Below, in pieces: positions 26,806 through 38,974 of a DNA stretch of 64,000 bases. Under the pieces are notes generated by a model, which saw only the letters and a program-made list of their open reading frames with translations, was not told the origin of the DNA and searched no databases. The translations under genes were made by a program, and so were the position numbers. The number at the start of each line of letters is the position of its first letter. The stretch's first letter is position 1. Source of the DNA: the human T2T-CHM13v2.0 reference genome, Homo sapiens; the NCBI RefSeq assembly GCF_009914755.1, contig NC_060938.1; one strand, given 5' to 3'.

Positions 26806-27515
26806 TAAGAATCCTGTTGAACACAGCCTATTTTCAAAGCCACATTTCTTATCTCCCCAATGTCGGTATCCTGTTTTAGAATGTTAGTGACCCATTTGGA
26901 CAGAATACAAAGACGGAAATATTTTGCAAATGAATGTGATGGTGCAGGAATGCAATGAAAAATTTTCCTTTGAAGTATGGCTGCAAAGACTGAGCTGCAA
27001 AAAGCAAGGAATATGCACTAGTCTTTGAATCTAAAAAAGACATCCCCCCCAAGAAATGTCAACCGAAAACATATTTTAAATATATATATATATATATTTC
27101 AAGCTAGTGAACAGTGTTACCTGAAGATGAAAAGAAGTATTTTAATGGTGCTAATTAATTTCATTATTTCAGGTTTGTATTTTTACTCCATATTGTTATA
27201 TATCATCAATCCATTAGATTTTTTATAGCACTTTAGAAACATGTATGCAGTTACTCTGATTTTCCTTTTTGTAATTCTTCACCTTGGCTGTAGGAAATTG
27301 TCTACATTGTTCAATCTTCTTCCCAAGGACTCTATCCATTTGTTTATCTTCTACATCAGCTTACATAGGACTTTTAGTTTTCATTTATAAGAAAATGAAA
27401 TTGGGTGCACAGAATTTCTGAAAGATTGTCTTAGAAACTTGTTAGTACGAAGTTTTATTGCTGAAAGTATATTATAAAACAAAGTAAAATTTAAGAATCA
27501 AAAAAACATGAAGCT

Positions 27516-27810
27516 GTAATCCCAGCACTTTGGGAGGCCGAGGTGGGCGGATCACGAGGTCAGGAGATGGAGACCATCCTGGCTAACACGGTGAAACCCC
27601 GTTTCTACTAAAAAACAAAAAACAAAAAACAAAACAAAACAAAAAAATTAGCCGGGCGTGGTGGCACACGCCTATAGTTCCAGCTACTCAGGAGGCTGAG
27701 GTAGGAGAACTGCTTGAACCTGGGAGGCGGAGGTTGCAGTGAGCCGAGATCGCGCCAGCCTGGGTGACAGGGAGACTCCGTCTCAAAAAGCAAAACAAAA
27801 CAAAACAAAA
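27516..27810 (+). mobile_element. 5'-truncated AluY/Sc between the INSM2 and RALGAPA1 3' ends
   Basis: Starts at TAATCCCAGC; TSD AAAAACATGAAGCTG on both sides. Confidence 0.9.
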
Positions 27811-28079
27811 ACATGAAGCTGAGATAAACTAACAATCTAACCAACTGCATTGGGTGAATTTCTGGCCAGCCTTTATGAAGACAGAAAATTTCCTGTGTTT
27901 TTAACGACTGTGGTAGGATCTGTGAGAAATAAGTTGGAATGTATCTTGAAAAGGGAATTCAAGTTTATTTTTGATGATTAGCTAAGATAATCTAGGTTCA
28001 TGCTTTAAATCTCCTCACTACTCATATAGCCCTGCTTATTGAAAATATATGAAACATAGAAGACAAATCAACACTCATG

Positions 28080-28107
28080 GATAGGAAGTGATAAGAATAT
28101 TTTTATT
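28080..28107 (-). terminator. RALGAPA1 distal polyadenylation signal
   Basis: AATAAA on the minus strand (TTTATT 28102-28107) at the end of the AT-rich 3' UTR; further candidates at 28772-28777 and 28885-28890. Confidence 0.7.
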
Positions 28108-29267
28108 GTATTATTAAATACCATGTCATCTTTCCCCCCCACTGTTACAAATTATAGATACTACATGAATGATGATACATAATTTATATTTTACGGTTTG
28201 CCAGTATGATGTATTTACACATGCAGTTAGTACCAATGTCATGCTACATTTCCTCAGGAGATGCCCATTCAAAACAAAATGTGAGCAGCTTATCTACTGT
28301 AAGAAAATACTTCTAGAGGGTGGAATGTATACCAACCTGGACCTGCAAGTTCAGTATTAACAATATTAGATTTAACTTAGACTCCTGGGTTATGTTCCTT
28401 TTTCTTTTTTAAATAATACTCATAATTTGAACAACATATTTATATCAGAAAATTTTCCTTCTTTTCTTCCCCATCTTCTTTTTGGTGCTTAAAAAAGAAC
28501 ATAGAAACACCAGGATCTAGCAGCCAATAATAAAAGGCCACAATCTGAAAACAAATGGCATTTAACAGTGATACCACTTGAAATGCAAAACATTAGAAAA
28601 ATACTTGGAAGCTAAACATAAAAGTTCAGCACAGTGATTTTTCTAGTTATTGGATATAACATGGCATCACCTGCACAGCCAAGAAATGAGACATTGCTTT
28701 GGGAAGAAGAGTTAATACTAAAATGATTTCAGTTGGAATTTGAGATGCTAAAGACCATTTATTTTGAGTGTTTTATTGTCATAACAAATAATCTGTACAC
28801 ATTCTGTGTATTAACAGGTACATCTTTTGCTGTAACTTTACAAATGCTTAAATGTAAAATTTTACATTTGTAAAAAATTATATATTTATTGAACCATAAA
28901 GTTGCAATGGGGCACAATAAATAATGAGACTAATTGTCCAATTGTATTTTGGCTCACAGTTAACCATGAAATTAAAGATAAAACTACTTAGACATAATTA
29001 TCTAGGAAGGTAAAGGGTGTAGAATAAAACTCCCCCTGCCCTCAAAATATGGCAGCTTGGATTGTGGGAAAAAAAATGAAACAATAAATAACTTAAATCT
29101 TTAATATTAAGCTACAAATTATTTAAAATTATTTAAATCCAGTGTTTTCTCAAATAAATGTACAGGAAGAAACATGCATGTTATGGCAGACATGAAGGCC
29201 TGAAAGGGTTAACCCTATGTTCGTGCTAAGGTGGCTACTGCTGATCACTGCTGGGCTGCTTGTCTCC
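28080..29267 (-). other. RALGAPA1: RALGAPA1 3' UTR (last exon)
   Basis: Repeat-free AU-rich sequence between the TAA stop and the poly(A) signal; Pumilio-type element TGTAAATA at 28219-28212. Confidence 0.75.
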
Positions 29268-29416
29268 TTAGGATTTATTGGCTGAGCCAGAGGAACGACG
29301 CAGCTTCATGGACATGCGGCTTTTGCTAGTTCGAGGAGACATTGGAGAGGCCAGGTCAGCCCCATCTACCTGCGTTGCTGTGGGAGTTTCACTGGGTAGA
29401 ATCTCTGGGTAGGAGC
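29268..29416 (-). CDS. RALGAPA1: RALGAPA1 last exon, coding part of the long C-terminal isoform (G-SYPEILP...RRSSGSANKS*)
   Basis: Acceptor tttcctacag|GC at 29417/29416; phase-1 join to exon 38836-38960 gives G|GC and an open frame to TAA 29270-29268. Confidence 0.9.
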
Positions 29417-30703
29417 CTGTAGGAAACAGCAAGAGCATTACTACAGTTATCCAGCCTCTCATCCCCTGAGAAATAATCTTTCTGCTACTAATCTGCAGCA
29501 AGGATCCCATCCCTTAATAAGATCTTTCGAGGGAAAAAGCAAGCCCCAAACTTGCTTGTTACAATAGCCTACTAATGTATTTAAAACCCAGCAATCTGGT
29601 GGCTCATGTCATTATATTAGCAAGAAAGCGCCAATCATCATTCCCAGGGCTAGAACCCTGGAAAAAGCAGTGGGAAGCAAAATCTTTGAGCCAGAAAGAA
29701 CAGGGATCCAAAGCACCATCAGCATGCAGGGAAGGGGTCAAGAAGCAGGTGAGAAGGACCAATTCCTATCTCTAGGATTCAGGGTACAACCAAGAAAAGA
29801 GCCTTCACTACTCAAACTTGAAAAACAGCACCAAACAGTTCCAAACAGTTTTGGAACCACGGGTTTCAAAAAGGAAGTCAGTTTCACTAGATGCCCTTAT
29901 AAACAAAACAAAACAAAAAAAGGAACTCAGCACTATGAGATCATATACATGCTAGGTATTTAAAGACGGCTTTAAGAAGGAGCAAGATAAATTTGTGGAT
30001 GAGGGGAGGACAAGAATTCTCCTCTGAATGTCAGTTAAAAAAAGGCAAACTGACTCCCCCAAAATGTCTTAATTTAAAAGACATAAACAATGCTTTTGTT
30101 TTCATTAACTTAAACTTTTGCAGGTATCTTATTCAATCATAAGCAAGCAGGTAACCAGTAGAATTAGTAGATATACAATTTTAGAAGTAAAACAAAATCA
30201 AATAGGAAAGTTCTTTGTGTCATTTATAAAGTAGTTTTTCATCTCTGTGCTTTATTTCTATAAATTATCATTCTCTAATATGCAGCAATACTACAGAACC
30301 TTGCACACTGTAGGCTTTCAAATATTTCCTAAACAAAATGAGTAATTAATTAAAATCACATTAAAAATAAAAGTCCTTCAGAAAAAAAAATCTGAAAACA
30401 ATAACAGCAAGAGATTCTGGATATTTTAAGGCATTTTAATCCAGATTTTCTGGGTCTTAAGTACATGAAAATTTTCTTTATGTGTTTTACAAACAAAAAC
30501 ACCACACAGGTTGCAGGTTTAACTGTACACATACATGTCCTTACTTTACAGGGAGACTTTCAGCATATTTGTTAGCCAATGTAGCACCTCATTGATACTT
30601 CAAACTAGGAAATAATTATGCTAGCACTTTCATATCTATGAAATGTTTTGTGCTTAAACTGAAGTTACTGAATGTTTATAAACAAAAACAAAAAGTTCAG
30701 TAA

Positions 30704-31070
<367 letters not shown>

Positions 31071-31465
31071 TTCAAAAAGTTTTTAAGACCAAATGTTAGA
31101 GTTATACTTAAGAAAAAATATATGTTTCCAAGGAAAAATATTCTGTCACTCATAATCCAGGTCAATTGCCCTTCTTCTCAAAGTAACTTTTCCAGCATTA
31201 TTTTCTAATTGAAATAAGACTGGCCTTCAAAATACAAGGAGAAGGAAACATATTTCTGTTCACCTTTACTCTTCCTGAAGATCTGAATTGGTTCATAGCA
31301 GACCCATACTGGAAAATTTATGGGAGAATATGAATCCATGACCCCCTTTAGGGAAGCACTGCAGATGGATGGCAGAAGGAAAGTGAAGAGCAGTAGTAGC
31401 TCATGCTTTTCTGGTAATGCATATCATTCCCGGCCATCACGAGAGGCCCTCCCATTGCTGTTTAC

Positions 31466-31530
31466 CTTGAGATGGCCAATGTTTTCTAGCGGAGGTTTTG
31501 GGAGGAAGAGAACTATCACTGCATTTCTTT
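31466..31530 (-). CDS. RALGAPA1: Candidate 65-nt RALGAPA1 cassette exon (ERNAVIVLFLPKPPLENIGHLK)
   Basis: About 92-nt AG-free pyrimidine tract upstream, TTAAC branch candidate ~31631-31635, donor AAG|GTAAAC at 31466/31465, open in the phase left by exon 38836-38960. Inferred from sequence only. Confidence 0.45.
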
Positions 31531-31891
31531 CTTTGTTGTGAATGAAGAAATGGAGTAGCAAGCAGAAGTGAGAAAGCAAAAGAGAAGATAGATAACAGAT
31601 ATGAGAGACACAGTGCAGAATTTTCTAGGTGTTAACTGAGGAGCAGAGAGAGAGGAATCAAGGTTTTTATTATGAAATATAATTGGGCATGCAATGCATT
31701 AGGGTGATGGTTCACAATGACAATGCTTTGTAAATTCAAATGTTATACTTACCAACTAACAAAACAAGTTCAAATAGGAAAAAAGAAAAGAAGAAAAAAG
31801 GTCTATGAGAGATTCTGTAAATATCTACCTTTTAAAGTGTTCACTGTACTGTTGGCATGTTATCCTAATCACTCAGACATAAAATCTCTAG

Positions 31892-32098
31892 AGCTGCATT
31901 GTCCAATGTGGTAGCCACAGCCACATTAAGTTTAAATTTATTGAATTAAAATGAATTAAATAAAAATTCAGTTCCTCAGTACACTAGCCACATTTCAATT
32001 GTTCAACAGCCACATGTAGTTAGCGGCTTCCACATTAGACAGTGCAGATATAGAACATTTCCATCACCATAGAAGGAGGGCTTTATCAGAGAGCATTG
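31892..32098. mobile_element. MER3-like hAT-Charlie element
   Basis: gcattgtccaatgtggtagccac...cactagccacatttcaa...cagtgcagatatagaacatttccatca. Confidence 0.7.
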
Positions 32099-32814
32099 CT
32101 CTACATTATGGCAAACTCAAATAATATTTTCCTCAAAAACAATTCTTCCATGTCTTCCTCACTGCCTTTAAAGTGAAATCTCCCTTCACTCAACAGAGTC
32201 AAATAAGGATTTTTAGTGTGTGTGGTGTATAGTTATCAGTACTTCCTAACAATTTAGCAAATTACATTTGTGGTATATATTCAACATTCCCAAACTCTAT
32301 AAATAATTTACAGTAGAAAGACCTCAATTTTAGATGTAAAAAATGTAGTAACAACCTACATTTCATTTCACATCCTACTCTACCTATTGATTTATACTAC
32401 TTGAGTCATAAAGAATGCTGATTTATTTCTATTATTAATATATCCTCAAGGATGAGGTTTTAAAAGTACACATGAGCTCCTATGTTTGTGCATACCGTAT
32501 CTGTTACTAACATTCTTACAGTGCTCACACAGACTGTGTAATCTGATGGGATAAATTGATTCATATATTGCACATTGATTACAATAAACTATTATTACAA
32601 TTAACATAATGGATATGACTTTTGGGATATATAGGGATTATAAGAGGGAGCTCAAAAGATCATTTTTTATTGTGGTTTCGTTTGTACTGTTTGGTGACAG
32701 GTATGACTGGTTTAAAGCTGCTAATTATTGGGCAGATATAGCCCTATAAAATATTATATCTTTAAAAGCAATTTCAATTAATACTGAACTCCAGCGACGA
32801 TGTGATTTGTTAGA

Positions 32815-33020
32815 AAGAACATGGGCATAGGTTAGACAGTCCTAGATTAAATGCCGACTCTGTCACTTTACCAGCTGTTTGATCTTGGGCAAACTGACTT
32901 GAGACATTTTTGTATTCGTAAAATGGAGCTAATACTTGCAATTTTGTCAAGTCATCCCAGGGATTAAGATTACATATGCAAAGATATTGGCACATAGTAG
33001 GAGCACAGTAAGTATAGCTA
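32815..33020 (+). mobile_element. MIR SINE
   Basis: gatcttgggcaaactgactt...gtaaaatggagctaata...tggcacatagtagg. Confidence 0.6.
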
Positions 33021-33195
33021 CATAATAATGCTATTAAACAGAGAAAAATAAAAGCTGATACATTTTGAATCAGAACAGATGAGGATTAGAAACGAAGGGA
33101 TAGAAATGAGGAACATTTTTGAAGAAAATGACCACCTATACAAAATATTATTGTTCAAATGTGAAAAGCACAACATACCATTAAATTTAGTTTGA

Positions 33196-33667
<472 letters not shown>

Positions 33668-34444
33668 AGGAAATAACATAATTTAAAATAGTAGAGAAAT
33701 AAAGGCAAACATGTGGTTTCATTTTAAGATACATTCAAGAACTACTAGTATTTTAGATTTAGAACAAATCAGGCCAAGCTTGTCATATTTTACCTCCTCC
33801 TTACAAAGGAAAAAATTGGGAGAATTGATTAATTTGCATTTATATGGATAACAACTGGCAGAACTAGGATTTAAATCCAGATTAGTTTGATTCCAAAGCT
33901 CATACTTCTCCCCTGGCAACCTTAAAGATATATGGGGGAAAAGAGATTTTTCAATGGGTGGGAAAGTAAAACCCTTAAAATAAAAATCTTTAACAATTTA
34001 TAATTTGTAAATATGACAGGTTATTGGGCAATATCTCTCTATCAACAGCAGGAAGGGGATGAAAATATTTAGACTAAATGGGTAACTGTAATAGTTAAGA
34101 TCATGCCCTCTGAAATCAGATCAGTCTAGGTTGAAATACTAGCTTGACAAAGTACCAGGTGACTCTGGGTAAGCATTTTTTAATTTCATAATGTATGTAC
34201 AGTACCGAGCACAGTGTCTGGCACTCAGTAATAGCACAATTATTATTTTATTATTTTCATTACAAAAATTTCACATCTCAGTGAATGTTCTATGTGGAAA
34301 CTGAACCAGCAGTTATCACAAAAGGTTAGTGGGTCTTATTTAAGATTATTACTTGCCTCTTGGTCAACAACATATAAGCCAAATTTCCAAGTTCAAAGTA
34401 TCAAATAGAACATATCTGGCTGCCTATAATTTCAGGCTAATCTA

Positions 34445-34825
<381 letters not shown>

Positions 34826-36076
34826 CTAATTCTTCTGTTGGCACTTACTAATATTTAAGATATTTATAAAATAACTATCTTCTAAGGAGCTAAAATATTT
34901 TATTTCAGATCATTTCAAAGCCTGAGTAGTTTAAATAACTTTTAAAGGACATTGAGCTAAAAAAGGTTACCTAAAGCAATGGCTAAATTTTGATGATCCA
35001 TCCCACTCAAAGATTCAAAGAAATAGATCTGACCATCATAAATTCCATCCTATCTACATATGGGAATATAGATTTTGCAAATTAACAGCACAACTGAGGT
35101 TAGAAGGCAGACTAGATACTACTCTAGGTTTTCATAGTCACTCTTGATTATCTCTGAATTTGGTATCATAAAAATTATATTTGAATTTTATTAATTTTAT
35201 AATATTGCTTTAAATAGGAACCCCTATATTCTCCAAAAGTAATTATAAAAAGTGTTATGTATGTATAGATATATGTTTGTGTATGTATATATATGTATAT
35301 GAATACAGAAAGACAGAAACACCTATCAACACTTTAACTGTAAATAACTAAAATCTGTAACTTAAAGACATAATACTCCAAAAAATTATGAGTATATTTT
35401 TAATGTTGAAATTGAGAAAGTTAAACCAATTAATATTTACTATACACTTTCAGCAAAACAGGATCCTGTTTCTTGTTGTCATTCTAGAATTTCTCTTATT
35501 ACAAAATAAAAAAAGATAATATTGAAAAGACAATATAACATTGGGAGAAACATGTACATATGAACAAACAGTGTAATCTGGCCAAGAAGAGCAGTAATTT
35601 CATTTTAAAGTTTATAATTAAAGGAGAGGTATTTGTAAATATGAAAAAACTTTAAGAAGTCACTAAAAACTTTTGATATTTTCCACACACATGCCTGACA
35701 AAGATAAAGGGATTTTTTCCTGTAATTTTTTAAAAATAAAAGACAAGAAAAATCTAATAATATTTTAACGTAGTTATGAAAGATCAACAAAGTGTGACAT
35801 CACGATATTTCCCTCAATGACCTTAGGGATAAAAATAATTTCCCTTAAGTATCAGTCTACTGCCACAGACAGTACATTTTGAGAAAATACAGTTATGAAA
35901 TTTATGGATCAACTATGATGCACCAAAATCTTTCATATCTATTTTAATAATACTGAAAGTAATACGGAAAAATGTTTTCTCGGATTTAAATGTCACCACA
36001 GTTGATTTGCACGTTACCGCTAACCAGAAAGTGGGCTTTAGATAATCTTGAACCAAATTAAGAAATCTTAAAAAAA

Positions 36077-36202
36077 TAATGCTAAATGACGAGTTAATGG
36101 GTGCAGCACACCAGCATGGCACATGTATACATATGTAACTAACCTGCACATTGTGCACATGTACCCTAAAATTTAAAGTGTAATAATAATAATAATAATA
36201 AA
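36077..36202 (+). mobile_element. Young L1PA extreme 3' end with (TAA)n tail
   Basis: aatgctaaatgacgagttaatgggtgcagcacaccagcatggcacatgtatacatatgtaactaacctgcacattgtgcacatgtaccctaaa. Confidence 0.92.
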
Positions 36203-38233
36203 TATTATTTTTCTATACTATTCCACTGAATATAATTATGTTATAGGGTTGGTTAGACAGAATATAATCACCATTTTGGCATTTCTTTAAAATTTAATTT
36301 CAAATGACCATATTAGTATTGATTAGTACTATTTTATATACATAGGGTGTGCACAGGATATCTAAAGTTGATTTTTCAATTGCAATTATGAATCCATTTT
36401 TTCAATGTGGTGAACACATTTTATACTTCTGCTAGGAAAAAGATTAAAAACTTTACACTATTATGTCATTTTTGCAAACCAGCAGTCAGGTCCAAACTGC
36501 TATTATACAGCTTATTTTATGTCTTCTCTGTCCACTTTGACTTATAACTTTAAAGGGAGCTCTATATGTATGGGACTTATGACAGAAAAGTTAAGATTTG
36601 AGATAACTGGAAAAAAATTATTTTTCAGATTCTATGTTTTTGCTACTCTTAAGAGTAAATATTTCATTTTTATTTTGTGTTGAACTGAGAACCACTCTGA
36701 TAAAAATTTATGTCATAACTATTAAAGTCTGCAAAAACTTATATAGAAACGTATTCAGTAATACTGGCACAAGTTATTTACAAGCAAAAACACCCTTTTG
36801 AAAATCAGAGTGCATATTAAAATTAGAGGATGGTTCTTAAATGCAGTGACAACTCTTAAAAATTAACTGAAAAAATCTGTAGCACAATATTAGGTTTATG
36901 TTCAAATTCACATTTTTACTACTATTTAGACAATCATAAGTGTTATTTTAAACAACTTACACAATAATTTTGTAAGACACATTAAAAATGAAGCCAACAG
37001 AACCCTGACTTGGCTGCTGTAGCATCCTTTAATGTCTCAGAAGTGAGATACTACTCACTTCCACAATACCTGGCCAAATGTGCAGGATAACATGCAAAAT
37101 ATGGGGAGAACATTAAGATGACAAATACGAAAGAGTACAGCTGGTAAACAACGACACATGAGAACTGAACAGCCTTTATCAATCTAAGGGGGAAAGTTAG
37201 TCCAAGTGTGGTTCTATTATCAATATTTTTCACTTGTGAAATTTATGGCTTGACTATAGGATACACAAGTGTTATTCATATCTCTTTTAATATAATCTGA
37301 CATTTTATCGGACATTCTCCATTATTAAACAAGAAAATTGCCAGATATACTTAATTAGTTATTTTGCTGTTCATTAATTTAATATTTCTCTTTTACCATC
37401 TTTTTTAATGCCAAACTGGGTAATTTTGGATAGTGTCAATCCATTAAAGTGAATCTTAGACTTTTTATCTCTTTCAAAAGATTCAACCTGGTTTAATACG
37501 GTTTTGTCTTTGCTAGGTCTTTTATACTATCTGAAAGCGATCTAAATTTTTTGTAAAATTATTTTTCTAATAGCAATTTAATGATGACAGGAATGGAAAC
37601 TTTAATTTCACTAACTAAATCTCAATTGAGAATTACAGTAACTTTTTCCAAATAAATTAGGCTAGAAAAGAAGTGTTGTGCCTTTTGAATTTATTTAATA
37701 TAAAGAAAACTTATTTAATATAAAGAGATTTGAAGGTTTATTATGATAAACTTCAAGCATATTATGTCCTCTTTTCCTGCTTCCCTTGAATACCATTACA
37801 ACAGTCATCTTTGTATTTCAGGTGCCTAGTGAAGTGCAAGGCACACAGAGAGTTATCATTTGATGAGTTAGGATATCCAATAACAATGCAACACATCACA
37901 AAATACAAAGACACACTACTTCAGTTCAATAGTACTACTTTTTCATGCTGAGAAACAGAAAAAAAAGGTCAATATAACAAGGTGTAACTAATTTCAACCA
38001 AGGGATTCTATTATTAGTTATTTTTATCCCCAAACCATGTTAGTGTTTCATGCAGACCTGGGTTAGTCAGTATAATACTGGAAAAAATTTAGTGACAATT
38101 TCTGAAATGTTTAGTATGAACCGGACAGTGTTAAGTTTACTTATTGTTTAAGTTACAAGCTTAGAGCCTGCTAATTTTGAAAAAAGGAAATGGGAGAAGA
38201 ACAGAGGGTGTTTTGGTTGACACTTTGTCTTAC

Positions 38234-38264
38234 CTTCAGATAAACAGAACTGATATTTAATGAT
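38234..38264 (-). CDS. RALGAPA1: RALGAPA1 31-nt stop-containing microexon (short isoform ending ...PSDADH*)
   Basis: Acceptor ttttccctctttag|AT CAT TAA (stop 38259-38257); donor GAAG|GTAAGA at 38234/38233. Confidence 0.88.
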
Positions 38265-38815
38265 CTAAAGAGGGAAAATAAATGAAACAATCATAAGGAG
38301 AGCAAGATATTACAGAATAGGAAGGCCACGAGTCATTTATTTTCTTACTGATTTCTTCAAAATTAATCATAAAATGCAGTACCCTCTTACACTCTTTAAT
38401 TATTGTAACATAAATTACAGTATTAAGTACTTCTAAATCTAGACCAGTTATATTAGCTTTAGCTGTAAAATCAGAGATGATGGGGTGATATTCTTGGCCA
38501 CAAAATTTGATCCTCTGAAGTTCAGAGTGCATGCTTAATTTGTATTTCTTTTGCAGATACTTCAGAAATGATTCCAGAAGATGCAAGAGTCATTGAATAT
38601 TAGCTCATATAAAATGTGGTACATGTACTTTTATGAAGATAGTTGACTTTTTAAGGAACTGCATTTAGGTAAAAGAAACCATAAATCAAATTTATAGGCC
38701 AAATTCAAATATTAAATAGTGATTAAAAATTCATATTTCAATGATTAGAATTTTTTTCAAGCAAGTTTTTAGAACAAAAGGGTACTGCATTTCAAGTTCC
38801 AATAACAAGTAACTA

Positions 38816-38974
<159 letters not shown>

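Noticed and set aside
29417-29510. 5' part of the 80-aa ORF 29268-29510
   Set aside because: Intronic read-through upstream of the acceptor at 29417; only 29268-29416 is exonic.
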